The notes below the pieces were generated by a model, which was not told the origin of the DNA, ran no database searches, and was given only the letters and a program-made list of their open reading frames with translations. A program made the translations under genes and the position numbers. A stretch of DNA of 64,000 bases from Saccostrea cucullata. Its lineage: Eukaryota. Below, piece by piece: positions 1 through 15,115 of the stretch. Location of the stretch: NCBI RefSeq assembly GCF_032062105.1, contig NW_026928448.1, positions 186,001-250,000 of the forward strand, in the 5' to 3' direction. Position 1 is the stretch's first letter. Every line of letters starts with the position of its first letter.

Positions 1-374
1 TTAATTGCAACTTTTTCCTTCTCTGTGCAAATAAGTATTATTTTCTGAATTTATATGAATATCATGAAATTCTATTAGTTACGAAGGGATTTGAAAAATG
101 AAGTACACATTTTACTGAAATGTAAAGATAACAAACAGTTATCATTAAATTAAACAAATAATGAGCTGAGTAATCATGGACCTCTTAAAGATATTAGACA
201 TGGAATCAGGTGCTATGAAGGAGTAGGTTGCCCCCTGTCAACCGGTACATCGGTCACACATCTGTAAGTGCATGTGTTTGCAGGTGTACTGAACTTGTCA
301 TCAGTCTTTACAATACTAACGCATGAAATGAAGAAATTGGTAACAGTATTCAAATGTCAATATCAGGAACTTAC

Positions 375-3300
375 CTGACGGTGAGGAAGAGGTGGTGGAC
401 AACAACCCTTTTCCTGCCCTATATAACAATTAATTATAGTTAAAATACAGCCAACAAGCAACATTTTCATTGTCATAAAAAATTGTCATTAAAATTTACA
501 AATATCATTTGGAAACTCCATTTCACATTAGTTTACATGTTCAATTTCTTTTATACAAATTTTAGCAAAACTTTCCAGTTTTAAAATGAAATTAGCTTTT
601 CTTATATATGTTATAAAAAAAATCAAAAGTAATTTGTTCCCATTTACCTATTTCTAATATTCATATTTCAAATTATTTTGAAATTTTTAAAAGTAAAATC
701 CATAATTTGAACTGAAACATTCTTAAATATTTGAAAAGGGAATTATTCCATATTTTACCTGTATTCACCTGCTTCATGGTCATATAGCCATCAGAGGTAT
801 CACCTAAATGTACATTAGGCCAAAAAATTAAAAAGAATTAACCATTGAAACATTGTAGCATGAAATACCAAATTTCTGTCATTATATATTTTTTCCACAC
901 TAAATTGGTATATAATCAGAGGAATATTTATGAAATACCGATCAGTTTACTGTCATCGCTTTGAAACGTTGCAAAGTTTTCAGGCGGTTGGATATTTGCA
1001 GCTATATCAGTATGACCTTCAGAGAGTGCAATCTGACTCGCTGTTTTGTCGTTCTTGTTTCTCATACAAACCGCAGCCTGGTATCCGGGGTATTTTTTAA
1101 GAGCTTCACAAAGTAGCTTTAATCCAAGTTTTGCACCGACGTGGAGAAGTGTTGGAAATTCTCTAGATGATTTCTTTTCTGTAAAAATAATTTTTCCCAT
1201 AATTCGTCCGATGTTTGGTCGTATTAATGACCGTTTGCAAATACAACCTATCTTTGGGTCGTATTATAACTGACATATTTCCTACCAATTGTAGGCAATT
1301 ATTTCTCTGTTATTTTGGCTACGGACTACTCAGTTTCTTTGAAAGAAATGTTTCGATGCAGAGGGTTGGCGGGAATTTGATTGTCGACAGAGTAAGCTTT
1401 TTTCCTCATCCACCTGATTTGAGGGGTCCTGGTCTCCGCCCTTTTCCCGATTCTTGATTTGAGATTTAACACTAATAATAAGTTTACTTTTACAAGATTC
1501 CATTTGAAGAATACTATTTAATAATTCTTTAAGTGATAGACTAATGGTATAGCTATAGCATGATCTATGAACTTGAATAAAAATAATTACATTTACAAAT
1601 TAGATTTTACCAGCCAAATTTATATAATATCAAAGTCTAAATGTCAGTATGGCACGTTATCTCTAATTGTTGATACTGCATTGTGTGGACAGGGGTCGGG
1701 GGGGGGGGGTATGTAAACAGATGCTTGTAAACGATGACCGTTACTTTTACCTATGCTGATACACTGTAGATAAATTTCTAGATTTGTCTATAAGGTTTAC
1801 TCTCTCATTACATATGATTTTCTGAACGATAATCCCTGAATGTATACCAGTCTGATTTAACAATATTAAATCAGCTGTTGAACTAATTATAACACAGTTT
1901 TATTATACTCACTCCACAAATGATCTCTAAAGTCTAACATCTCCAATCCTGAAAGGGGATTACTTCCGCTGGTCCCATTGGTTAGAATGTCTACAAGTTC
2001 ACGATCTAAAGAGTCGGGATCGTCACAGTCCATAGCTTGGAGGAAAAATTCAAGGGGATTCATCATGTCAGAAATCATGGATGAAAATCTGTCAATTTTG
2101 CTACTTATGATGAAACTTGTCTTTCCAGCAGAGACGCTGTTAGTGAAGATTTGCATTGTAATTTGTCCATCAGGCATCCCTGTTAAAGATTTGATCTGTT
2201 TAATATTTATGAAAAAAATGAATTTAAGCATCAAAATGTATTATTGTCAATTTTTTTTTAAATTCTTAAAAGTCATGTTAAAAATCATTTCAAATACTTT
2301 GGGTTGTCCAACCTAAATTAAAGTGCATTTTGAAATTGAAATTGTTGAAGAGAATGTATTAAATTACATTTTTCAAAAGTTATGGTGAAAGGAGTTTTAA
2401 AAACAACAGTTCAATCTAAGTTCTTGTTACATGTACATGTATGTACCTTTACATCTGTAATTAATGTTATGCGAGAGTAAAGATTTTACTTAACAATATT
2501 AGTAGTAGTTGTCTGTCATAGTTCTTACCTTCAGGTTTAAACATGTACGTCAAGTTGTTCAGTTCAGTACATTTTATCGTCTTTCGAAAATTATTTCTTT
2601 CAAGTAAAACAGTAACATCACCCTTAAGAATTTCTTTTTTGAAAATCACAACTATGTGTTCATTTGGCTACAAAATAACACAAATGATATCTTAAGAAGG
2701 TCTGTATTTACATGTACATTGAATTTATTAAAATTATACGGTATATTGATAAAAAAAATCAAATTGTAGTTATGAAATCATATTAAACTCACAGATGAAA
2801 TTCTTTTGGGATTTATTTTGAAGCTCAGAAGAACTGGAGGCGCATTGGGTGTTGAATCCATAAGTTCCATGATCCGGAGCAGCGCCATCTTGAAATCCTC
2901 GGAAGAGGTGCCGAGATGAATTGTGTTCCATGCACTCAAGTCCGAACATGATTCTTCCAAAACTTTTTCTGTGGATTTATTACTGATGCTAACACTTTCA
3001 TTGTGGCACAAAAAAGCTTTTTTCTGACACACTGAGCATGCGCTGGAGAGGAACCCTTTTGGCTTGCCTTGAAGGTCGTGAATCATGTCCGGAGTCAATA
3101 TAACCAAACTAAGGTTACTTTTCCTTAATGTACACTCTGAGGAAATGTTGACAGTCTGAATCTCGAGTCGAAATCTCTCCTTGAAATAATTTTCCAGATG
3201 CGTGCTTATTTCTTCCCCATCATCAGCGTACAGGATTGCTAAAGTGTCACTTTCAGCGCCTGTTTGAATTTTTTTTGGAGAATGTTATTCCAAATCACAA

Positions 3301-3704
3301 TATACTAAGTTACATTTTTAAACCTTGATATTCAGTTAAGAGGACTATTAACTATTTACAATGCATTTTAATTTTTATTGTTAATAAGATTTAAAAGATG
3401 ACTAATTAAAAATTATTTAGCAATTTTTTACAAAACAACTTACGACTTAAGACTAAATTTAATTCTTCGTATAACTTTTGAATAAACATTATATCGAAAA
3501 TTATTTTAAACTTTTTAAGAGGAATGTGGTATGATTTTTTTTACACAAACAATTTTAAAGAGAAATATTAATTTTACAAAATATTACAACAATCCGAAGT
3601 TTTTGGTCTTAGTCTTAAGTTCTTTTGTAAAACGGGCGACAGCTTATAATCTACTCGTTTTTGTTTTGCAATTAATGACGCTTACCTTTTCTTGTGAAAC
3701 TCAT
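375..3704 (-). CDS. BCAP/PIK3AP1-like adaptor, paralog A (TIR-like, DBB, ankyrin); 3' end probably runs off the window
   Basis: Phase-consistent GT-AG exons 3704-3686, 3259-2793, 2667-2529, 2179-1913, 1178-939, 803-759, 418-375. TLAILYADDGEEISTHL...VILTPDM matches the BCAP TIR start. NPLEFFLQAM and EFPTLLHVGAKLGL match BCAP NPVEFMCQA and ELPTLLHFAAKYGL. The tail has GYMTM and PPPLPHR. Confidence 0.9.
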
Positions 3705-4085
3705 GCTTGGTCTGGTGCAAGTTTGACGTTTACCTGTCAAATGCTTCATCATATCGGATGATTGCTTATATATATAATATATGTGATCCATTATCAGTGT
3801 TTTAGATGATAACATTTATATCACTTGTACTAATTGTTTGTATTATCATCATACAATAAAAACTCATTATGTAATTTCTTTTGAAAAAATTCCCCAGAAC
3901 ATTTCAGAGATGGGTTTACAATTAAAGAACAAATAACGTTTTTTTTACATTGGTTGTTTTTCTTTTGAATTAATCAAATCTGTGTTTTGAAAAAAAAATT
4001 ATTCAAATTCTTTTTCTTTTATTACTCAGAAAAGATTCAATTATTTCATGTTATATAGATAAAATGTACAGAACTGAACTAACAT

Positions 4086-4087
<2 letters not shown>

Positions 4088-4128
<41 letters not shown>
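4088..4128. repeat. (CT)n microsatellite; another at ~52367-52404
   Basis: Directly visible dinucleotide run. Confidence 0.95.
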
Positions 4129-4133
<5 letters not shown>

Positions 4134-5417
4134 ACATATAATCTCATTTATATTTCAAAGTCTGAAAACAACAGGTATATACACATGTATAAGTTAGCTG
4201 TAATGTATACAGTGTGTCTTCTTCACATAAGAGCTTCTATAAATATGATAAGAGAAAAGTAAGTTTATCAAACAGTAATTTTAAGATTTTTAAAGTGCAT
4301 GTGCACGTCACACTGTTAAAATATTTGAAATGTTATTGTATTTACGACATAAAATTTAACATTTAAGAGAAATATCTAAATACAAATATATTCTTAAAAA
4401 GATATATAAATTTCAAGCTATGAAGTACTGAATAAAATTTACTCAGTATGTACATTTATTTTTTTTATAAATAGATTTTGGAAGGATAAGTAATACAAGT
4501 ATGTTATAATTGTCACATATAAATCATATATTTTATTTTATTCATTTAAAAATCAGATTTTACATGAATAATGAACAATATCTTCATAGAATGCTCATTT
4601 CTTCTGTTTTCTCTGTAATGTTCTTTATCATCTTCATGGGGTTGCCAAGAAAAGAAAGTTTTTAAAAGTATTGTTGAGGACATACTTTAAAATTCAAAAC
4701 AATTTTCGTTTCATTAATGATAGTGTATTGTCCTTATTTCTATTTATATCATAACCTAATAGACTTAAATCAAACTTTTAAAAAATTGTTGATATGTATC
4801 ATTGTTTTCTAATTAATTAATCAAGTTCTCATTATTTTTATAGATGAAAGAAAAAAATAATGCATACCATATCCATATAATTATTGCACAGTCTCCGGCC
4901 TTAAACTTCAAAAAGAAAATTAAAGAAACTGTTGAAAATATTTATAACAACTGAATATATTCTTAAATGCTATAATGAAACTTTTGAAAATATATTTTTA
5001 AAATCATTTTCAAAAGAAATCAAATTTTAATTCTGCTTTGTATACATATACTAGTATTCTACAAATGATTAACCGTTTATTCGTCAAATTCTCTACATTC
5101 CAAAAATCACAATTCTTAACTATAATACTCCAAAATTGAGCTTAATTAAATTAAGACAATGGTTGATCAACACTTAGAATGGAGTCTAGACTCCATTTAT
5201 AAAGTTGGACATACTTCAGATGCTCTATCAGAGAGTTTCAGCATTGTTCATCGCTTATTACCAAATATTGTTATAAAAAGCCCTATAATTACTTCACCAT
5301 GAAATAAAGCTGTGTTTTGATTTAAAAAAATGGCTCTTTTATCTTTATTAATTGAAATTGCAACTTTCGGTTTTGTCAGGTAATCATCACATGGTTAAAT
5401 TAAGTATACAGACAGAC

Positions 5418-8400
5418 CTGAATCTCGGCTGTGATCTGATTTTTTGTCTTCTTTATTCAATGGACATCTCTTTGGTACCTGTATTGAATAGAAATAAAAT
5501 AAAACTGATTTTAAATGAAAGGGTCAGGAATGTGAAACTATCATTTTAATTTTTTTATTTGTGTGGGTTTATTTGATATATATTTTATAAGCGGCATTAT
5601 CTGTCTAATTTAAAAGGCCTTTTGAAAAAGGATGAATGGGAGGATTCTGTTGTTGATTGAAATACAATCTTTTAACAGGTGAAAAATATCTGATTACTTT
5701 TAACCTCACACTTGCTTGATAGTCAAAAGTTCACCAGTGAAATAGATAAAAAATCTTCCAGGGTATTTCCCTAAATGTAGGAACGCAGTTATAAATAGAA
5801 CGTACTGACTGATCTTCTTTTGAGCTGTATCTCGGGGTAGTTATAATGTCTCTGATAGGAGGTCTGGGAGCTGCAACGTGGAAAATTCATATTTTTAGCA
5901 ATTAGACTAATCACAACGTGTTCTAGTAAATAAATAAATAATAAAATCGTGTCAAGGTTCATAATTTCAGAAATGAGTCAAAACGGACTTCTAACGTTTG
6001 CATAACTTATATTAAATCTAAGGTAGTGCATCTCTAATAAAGAAGAATGCAATAAGTGTGACCATACGTTCTATCTAGGGGGAGCTTAGCTAGATATATC
6101 CGTCATCTTATAAGTAACTCGGAACACTCAAGAACAACAAAATACAGGATGTAGGAGTCCATTCGTAAACACAAAATTCATCGGAAAATGTGCCTTAGTG
6201 ACGTCGCATCAATTTTTCGTTTCAAAAGGAGAATACAATTGCTTTGGGGTGAAGAAGGACCTTGATCTGAAAAAAAATATTTGTCATTTATATTTTTCTT
6301 TTTCTTTTACGTCTCAAATATATTAAAGAAGATATATCATTAGGGTTCTTCCTTTATTGTGAGGAAATTGATTGACAAATACTATGCACCACCGTGTCTG
6401 ATTATTTAAAAGTTTTTATTTTTTATCTTACCGGACCCATTACTTTGTCCATGATTGGATTTTAAGCACATATAAAAAAAAATATGTCTGTTAACATGGA
6501 TCTTTTAAAATCTTTCAGAAAATGATACTCTATGTTTAAAGAATTGAAAAAGCAGGTTTGTCCTCTCACACTGCATCTTGGGAAAGGAAAATCAAGTAGA
6601 CTTTAAGACACCTTAAACAACAAAACAAAACTTAATTTGCAAAAGATTCTATCATTCAGTAAAAGTAGATATAGGTCCTTCACTCTTTTTTTCATTTTTT
6701 GATATGGTGAAACTGAGTTTGATATTCCACATGACAATTACAAATTTGATAACATGTATTGTAAAAAAAGAACATTTATCGCAAAAGATTCTTCATTTGA
6801 AAGAGCTAAAATTGAATTTTTGCATTTAAATAAATATGAGATATATATTTAAAAGAAAAACTGTGATATTCATTAATCTGAAAGAAAAATGGAACTGTCT
6901 ACCATTAGAATATGTACTGCTAAATTGTTCTGTTTGAGTTGACCCCCCAGCTGCTCCAGCTACTTATAATTCAAACAATGAATGTTTTGTAAATTGATAT
7001 TAATTTAAGGCTTGCATATACATGTCTTTTATAAATGAGATGATGAATGTTGATTTTTTTTTTCTCTTCTTTTTGGATACAAAAACTTCACCTCTTACAA
7101 GATGAACATTAAGTTTATTTTGTCAAATTAGTTTGCTGAATCCAAGGCTCCCCAACTTTGGCTGTAAACTTATTAATCACCATATTCATGTAATGGGGTA
7201 AAAAAAATATAAAAAATATTCAAAATGACATCATTATAAAAGACATAATCATTATAGTTAAAATTCTCGAGGACGGGGAAAACCATCTACGTGTATGACG
7301 TTAAATGTAAGCTAAATGAGCGAAATGATATATACCTACAGAAAACATCCTTCATCAGCTGTGCAAAAATATTTTTGTTTCCCGTTTCACAAAATATATT
7401 ATATACTGATTATATCTTTTTTTTCACAATAACACTGACAGTGTATTCACCGAATATGATCTTGATGTACTAACAGATCGTGTTTGACGTCACCGACTTG
7501 CTGGAAGCGAAAAGTAAGAAAACAGAGGAGTGAAACACCATATTCCGTAATTTGTTGTATTTACAAGAACTTTAAAACATTGTACTATTTTTTGTAAAAA
7601 TGTGGTAATTTAAGGGGGCCGACTATAGTTTTATTGTATGAAAACTACAGTAGCGAAACTCTTCAGTTTTATACCATATATAACTTACATTAACTTCAGT
7701 GTACATGCAAAGTTTGGGGGAAATCTACCGTCCAGGTATTTTTGAGGGACCGTCTCAAAATATAGGTACATTTACTAAAGGATGATATAGGAAAATGCCA
7801 ATTTTTAGCACTTTAAAGCAAATTATACAAATACTACAATAGACATTTTGTTCAAACTATAATATTTCATGAGTAATACTATATTTTACAATATATGTAA
7901 GAAACACAAAATTCTACCGTCTTGTTAACAGAGGGGGCATCTCAAAATGCAAAAAATTAGCAAATTTTACTATTTTTATAGAGTACTACAAAATATGACG
8001 TAAACAATGGATTCACAAAAAACATAATAAAAATATTCGAGATATTCCAAAAATTCTATGTTTTAAATTTCAAGAGCATATGTTTATTACTTTTTCTTTA
8101 ATAATATTTTTATTAACCCTTTCTTGAAGAGGTACAGATTAACATAACGTCAAAAAGACACTGCAGCGACGTCAACTTACCTATCAATTGCAAAATCGGT
8201 TAAATAACCAGTTATATCAAATTGTAATTACATTTTTATACCTATAATTTCTTAATTTTGTTTAATTTTAATAATAAAGCGAAAAAAAAATGCAGTAAAA
8301 CAGTAAACAGGCTTCATTTTACTATGATGCGCGAAATATTGCGCAATGGAAACTATAGTCGGCCCCCTTAAGTTAAATACTAAATAGTCAAAAAATATCT

Positions 8401-11400
8401 AAGAAATGGTGGCTTACAGGTTTTCATTAATATGGTCAAAAATCGCATCTTAATGTGTTCCCATTTTCTAACAAACCTTGTTCATTACTTACCCGGTCCT
8501 TTTCTTTCAGATAAATATCTTCCTACATCTGTTGGCCTTCTTTGTAAGGTTATCTAAAGAAGGACCAGGCATATGTATTTAGCGTAAGTATCTTCTGATT
8601 CTATTTATCACTTTCTTTATAGTTTAAAAGCATTACTGATTACTATGATTTTAGTCTATGAAAATATACTAGTAAGTCTTTCTTTATTATTCATTCTTAT
8701 TCCTATATATGATATATATATATATATGATAGTGATATGATAGAGATATATGATTATCTCCATATATTTCATTCGAATTCGTTAAAAAATCAATTTTCAT
8801 CTACAAAATTAACTGTGAGAGATATTTCTAATCACGGAAGTATGTAGAAATAGTAATACTTACTTTTGGTGAATGAGTTTCTTTTGCACTAGTACTCAGA
8901 ATATTTTTTGAGCGAGGTGAATGACCTACAATTTTATATTATAAATATAATCTTAATTATTTCAACCAAACAAGTTAACTTATCTGTAAAAAATAAAAAA
9001 AATTCTTTACTTACTGCAGCTCTTAATTCTCCGGTTCATTTTGATATCAAGTAATACCAATTAAAACATTTTATCCTTCCAACGAATGACATAAAAAATA
9101 TAGAAAGCGCTATTTCTTTTTGTACAATAAAATTCATTATTTAATTATTTAATATTCTACTCAAGTAATTACTATATCCAAATAGCAAATAAAATGTGAT
9201 GCGAGTATAATAAAGGTTCACTTTGATACAAAAAGCATTCATTTCAACAGTGACTTATATGCTTACCCATTCATACTGATTTACAAATATATTAAGTCAA
9301 TTTAAATGTAATGAGGGTAATTATTGTATTGTAAAATATTCATATTCATGATTTGAATTTGACTTTCAGAAATTCCTATAAGCGAGAGATCATGAGAATT
9401 GGTAAGAAAATCAATTTTTTTTTAATTTGTACTGTTGATTAGTTTGAGAAAAGAAAAAAAAATATCTGATTTCCATATGATTTTACTTACTCATAGGTAA
9501 TTCCTCCATATCAAGCTTAAGCATCAAAGGATCTAGATCCTTTGAGAGCTGAGGGTATCCCAATCTCTGGGCTAACTTATAAGGAGTTTCATTTTGCTTG
9601 TTTCGTGTTGTTATGGCACTGTCAAAACCTCGACAGACTTTTATTGCTTTGCAAAACTGTGAAAGTCCATACTTTGCACCGAAATGTAACATCGTTGGCA
9701 ATTCACTGTTCATCTGAATACCTAAAATGTGTTCTCAGTAATGCATTTATAAATAAATAAATAAATAAATAAATGTTTTTCAAAATGTTTAAACAGTCAT
9801 TTAATTTTAATTCTTTTATTTCGCAAATTTTGATTGGCATTTAAATCACATTCAACTTACTGCTACCACAACAGAAAAATTGAATTAAATTTACTATGAA
9901 CAATTTTTTCTGCATATAAAAAATCTTCCTTTGTCTATTTCAATCATGTGTGTTTGGGGAAATATAAATTTCAAATTTAAAGAGCATTTGATGTACCATT
10001 TAATATGTCTTGGTTACTAAATGTCTTCAGACATGATGAACTGAAACCATCTCTACTTATCCTATCGCTGAGGTCTTTATCTAAATTTTCTCTTTCTTCG
10101 ATGGAAAGTTTCAAAACCTGACACAGGAACTCGACAGGGGATATGATATCGCCCATCTCCTGATACAGAAATTCCATTTTGTCGCCCACACTAAGGTTTG
10201 TAGAACCCTCGTTCTTGCCATCCACATAGACGGTGATCTGTGATTTGCCAGGAGGTAAACCTGAATCATAAAATTGTTACCTTTTGAAAAACCGTTAAAA
10301 ATAACTAAATTTGTTTTAAAGCAATTTAAACTAAAAATTACCTTTAATTAATGAATACACCTGTAAAGTATGAAACCCTTAGCATTAACTGTTAAAACAT
10401 TATGGATAAGGTTTAAGTTTGGGGGGTGAGGGTTGTAAAAGTGGGACATTTTCCAAAATTATGGTCAAGAGGTCATTAATAAATTTGGTGGTATTCAAAG
10501 AAAGGTCCTGGCACAAGGAATACATTTGTGAAATATGAAAGCCATAGCTCCACCTATTCAAGTAACTTAAGTCACTTAAGTAATAGATACGTAATGGGGC
10601 AGTGTATATCATTATTTGCAGTCTGCATACAAATGTAATATAATTTAGTGAAAGAAATATTAATAGAGAATAATACATATCCTTTTCCATATCACATCCT
10701 ATATCAGCCCATGACAAAATCATGGCCCTCTGGCTGATAAGGTCATGATCAAATGATTGGAAAAGGGTATGTTTTATTATGTTTATTACATACTTAGTAA
10801 TAAAATACGGCACAGATTAAGTTGAGAAGAAAATATGTAAATAATCATGCACGGATATCTTACATGCACACGATATATTGTCTCATACGGTTTGGGTTTG
10901 TTTCTATTTCTATTTCAAATGTGCCCGATCCGTTATTTGAAAATATTATTTGTCAGTTAGATTATCCTAACAATCTAAAAGTTAAAATTAAGAGAATATG
11001 TACCCCCAAAATATGTGTATGAGAACAAGTCCTTTTTTTTTTTTTTTTGGTTTAATTTACTAAGGGTGTGATATTGATCCGTATCAGTCCCGCAAATCCA
11101 TATCAGCCCTGTAGGGCTGATACGGCTATTGTGATGTCAGGCATATCGCATATATGCAAAAATCCTGTATTTATTACTAAGTATGTAATAATACATATTA
11201 TTCTACTTCTTCTGTAACTTTTTAAAGCATTTAATGTTTAAAGCATCAAAATTTTAACATTTTGATATAATCTAAAAACTGAAGGATAATTAAACATATT
11301 TTAGTCAATGACTTTGATAAAAGTTTAGCATTTTTTAAATTCTTAATTGTACATTGGTGAAAAGAATAAATAAATGTTTTTTTCATGTCTTACCATATGG

Positions 11401-12627
11401 AGAGAAAGAGAATGTGTACGGATTCTGGTACTTAGCATCTATTTTTCTGTATTCCGTATGAACAATTACCATAGAAGACTTCTCCTTTTCAGTTTTGAAG
11501 AGAATCAAAACTTGGTGCCTGTCCTGCATTAAAATATTCTGCTTCATATATATGTTCAGAAAAAGTAAATAATGTACGAGTAAATATTGTCTTCGTATAT
11601 AGATATATGGCGATAAAATATCCCTCTTACACAAAGAAAGAATGGGGCCACTATCTTTCTTAGAAAAAGCTGTCTTGTTTCATATAGTTTTTGACTATTT
11701 TTGTTGTCTTATTACATTTGTCTACATTTGAAACAGTGACTTTGCACCCCCCCCCCTTGAAAAAATACCTTGATGTGGGTCTATAAATGCTGTATTAGAT
11801 AAAAAAAATTAATGTTTTTCTTTTCCCTAGTTAAAAATCGGCATTGTTACATGTATAATAACATGTTTGTGTACATAGAATTACCACATTATCAGTTCAC
11901 TTGTAATTTGAAAATTGACATACTGTTCATCATAATGACATTTCGACGTCAAAAGAAAGTAAATATCATATATATTATACCGTGGAGATGTGGGATGGCT
12001 CCAGAGAATATTGCAGCAAACTAGGGAGACTTGACGACTCTTCTTCAAGCAAATCCAATATTTGAATTAAAGTAGATCTAGTTTGCGTTAATTTGAGTGT
12101 TTGCCAAGAGTAGAAATCCGGTATTTTGGCCTTCAAGACTGAACTCACTCGTTCATCATCCATAGTTATAGGGTCATGAATCAAAAAGGCACATTTTGTG
12201 TTTGGAGGAAACCTTAAAGATGAGCATGGGTAATCCTTCAGAGATTCTAAGTGAGAAATCATTTCTGGAGTGATGAGAAGAATGGCTACACGGAAAGCCA
12301 GATTTCGGCTCTCTACTTCGGTTACATCACAAACGTTCACCGTGATTTTTGAGTCATCGTTGAATTTTTGAAGGTTTCCTTGGATGTATACAGCAATTGG
12401 CTCACTCTCATGAGTATGTATGATGAAGATTGAATCATCCAACTTAACATCCGCTATGACATACTCTTCAGATTCCCATGGTTCTTTTTTAATTACAGAA
12501 AGAAAGTATAACTCTATTTATCTATTCAATTTAAAGCTTAATGACTGTAATTATAACTGCACATAAACAATTATGTGAAATTAAAAAAAATTAACTTACG
12601 GCTATACGTATCATCCATTGCAGCCAT
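5418..12627 (-). CDS. BCAP/PIK3AP1-like adaptor, paralog B; terminal exon uncertain (candidate 5282-5248)
   Basis: Exons 12627-12600, 12483-11981, 11523-11394, 10260-9997, 9721-9491, 8925-8864, 8553-8493, 5870-5806, 5478-5418, all phase-compatible. Motifs SIFIIHTHES, ILLITPEM, NPYTFSF, SPVEFLCQVL, ELPTMLHFGAKYGL. The small tail exons are less certain than the core exons. Confidence 0.88.
7614..8367. mobile_element. Non-autonomous DNA transposon, Kolobok-like, in an intron of paralog B
   Basis: 18-bp TIR GGGGGCCGACTATAGTTT at both ends, flanked by TTAA (7610-7613, 8368-8371). A TTAA TSD with purine termini fits Kolobok. Confidence 0.8.
10670..11185. mobile_element. Two adjacent hairpin/MITE-like elements (10670-10780 and 10789-11185)
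   Basis: Inverted termini ataatacatatccttttcca / tggaaaagggtatgttttattat, and catacttagtaataaaatacgg / cctgtatttattactaagtatg. Both have internal atatcagccc motifs. Confidence 0.6.
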
Positions 12628-14429
12628 TTTATACTTTTCTTTTAATAGGGAACATGTCAGCACTACATATTTTAGTTTTTTTCCTCCTTTATCGTTGAGG
12701 CAGATGGATTGTTTAAAGGCGATTGCCTTATCTGGGCAAGAAGAGTAAGGTAAGGTAACATAATAAGACTTTTACCAGATACATGCAAAACCTATTCTGC
12801 ACACCTGGATAGGCACATATTTTTCTGAATAAATTTTACGTAAATAAAAACCTAGAGATGTAAGATTCTAAGAACATGATACAATAGCGTTATTTTTTGT
12901 TTTAAAAATATTTAGGGATAAGATACAATTAAACGTACATGATTTATGGTGGAAATGCATACGGTGCATGAAAACTCAAATACTAAAAAATTATTCTGTA
13001 CAAAGGTAATTCATTGTCCGTTTGCCAATCTGATCTTTTCTAATATTTTATATCCCCCCCCCTTTTTCAGAATCAGTAGACTTCTTCAAACCAAATTCAG
13101 AAAACAATATTTATTTCGCTAGTTCAAAAGTAGTTCAAATATAATTATTTTTTGCGATTGAGGCAGCATTCTTCAAATACAAGGCAAAGGATGTATTCGC
13201 TTTAACAAAAGAATTGACCTATAGGAGAGAACAATTTCCCGGAAAAAGTGACATTTAAAAATCTATCTTCATTTGTTGTTTTCTACCGTACATATGTCTA
13301 AATTTTTTAAATTTGTATTCTATACCTTAAATTTATTATTTACAACTTTACAATAAATCTCCAAAGTTGATCGAAACACCATTTTGTCCTTTAAAGCGTT
13401 GATTTTTGCATGAATTTTGGTATTGAAGTCCATCAGGGCAGGCCTGCCCCTAAATAAATTTGTGATATTTTGATAGGTTATGATGTAAGGAATAATTTAA
13501 GATAAGATTTTTTTAGGGGCACCCCTGCCCTGGGGTCGAAATTCACAAAAAAACCTACAAAAAATAAGGAAACCAGATTTTCATAATCTGCTTTAAATTT
13601 ATGCTATTCATTTGTATAGTCAGACTAGCTCAGTTGATATATGCGCTGACTTTTATACTTTGGATACTCTCTTTTTAAAGTCAGGGGTTCGAATTCACCT
13701 GGTACAACACTTAGATAAAGTTTTAAACTTCGCCTTTTCAAAGACTATTTTAATTTTTTTTTATAGACTTGTGTATTTTTCCTTCAATTTTCTATCCCTT
13801 ATGCATGCCCATTCTTGATATAAGAAACACTAAAGAGATATCAAATAGTAACAATCCAATGTACAGTTGTCAGTCAGGTGGAACGAACCTCAGTATAAGC
13901 ACACTTTCTCCGAGGACAAGAATAACTCACTGTGTGTTACTCAATACGGGTATTCTTGGCAGGATTGAGCTGCGATGAATTTCAATTGTATATATATTCC
14001 TTTGAATGTAATCACATTTTACATATTTCAGTGAATGCACTCCCTTGGATTTCATTTAGGCCTTTATAATTTGCACACATTAATGACAAGTTTTCATTAT
14101 ATTCACGGATTAATAGCCTAGACATAAAGAATAGAATTTCAGAGACAGAAGACATTACCTTTATGCACAATGAGAAGTAAAGACAACTATCAATTAGGCC
14201 TATTACATTTGGAGATAACAATTTCAGAAAATAAAAAAAAAGGGTTCCCCCTATCTCTACTCACTGAAATAAAGATTTAGGAAAAACAAATTGTTATATG
14301 TATTCAGCCTAATGTCATTATTCAGAACGGAAATCGAAAAGCTTTTTGTAGAGAATAAAACCAAGCCCGGTCCTATAGGTCAGATCCCTATTTATAATGA
14401 AGTGATCCTTAGTAAGATGTACTTTGAGC

Positions 14430-15115
14430 ACTAAGCTAACGACATAATATGATACCCAATCTCCCTTAATTATGGTTATATATGGCAAAGTTCATGTTTT
14501 GTTCTAGGGTCCCAAATAAGTGTCAGATCAAAAAGTAAAACAAGAGGTGCACAACTGCATTATGTAACAAAGAATCCCTGAAAGTATCATTAACTTTTAT
14601 TCAGTGGTATACTGTAGATTCCTAATTATACACGAGGAATTAATTTCCGCGTAATTTCGCGAGAAGCGTCAATCGCGAAAAAATATTACTCGCTTTTATA
14701 GTTATTGTTAAGTCTATGTAAATTCTGTTGATCAAATGTCCATTCGCGATTTATAATTCTCGCGATTTGACGTTAAAGACCCAGTTCACGATAAAAAGTA
14801 CTCGCAAAAAATAAGGAATCTACAGTATTAGGTGTTGAGGATAAGAGATGGCACATCCTTCAATATTATATTTAAAAGATACAGTGTTCAGGTTTTACTA
14901 CGGGAAACTGTGTTGGATCAAATAGTTAAATGAGGGGTCACAATGGCACTATGTAACAAAGATTCTCTATCATTAAATTTCATTTTGTGATAGAAGTGGA
15001 GTTGCAGATAAGTGATGGGTACCTAATTCGTAACAGACGGACGGAACTACAGACAGAGGGACGGACGGGCATGCCGATCACTATATACCCTCCCACTTAT
15101 GAAGCGGGGGTATAA
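14430..15115 (+). mobile_element. HINE-like (Helentron-associated) repeat; related copies near 26020-26170, 26320-26780, 58500-58730, 62690-62850
   Basis: Internal repeated units (gatcaaaaagtaaaataggaggtgcacaatgg...), an ACAG/ACGG microsatellite and a 3' stem-loop (ccctcccactt...aagcgggggtataa), present in several copies in the window. Confidence 0.6.
14612..14825. mobile_element. MITE with TA TSD (Tc1/mariner-type) nested in the HINE-like element; degenerate relative near 46525-46996
   Basis: TA|CTGTAGATTCCT ... AGGAATCTACAG|TA. Confidence 0.75.

Noticed and set aside
1046-2316. Plus-strand ORFs 1046-1273, 1215-1457 and 1978-2316 (also 9542, 34443, 35994, 53514)
   Set aside because: Antisense shadows of real minus-strand exons or intronic sequence, with no recognisable motifs.
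10400-10813. 137-aa minus-strand ORF in a paralog B intron
   Set aside because: It spans repeat and hairpin elements, has AT-biased composition and does not fit the conserved exon pattern.
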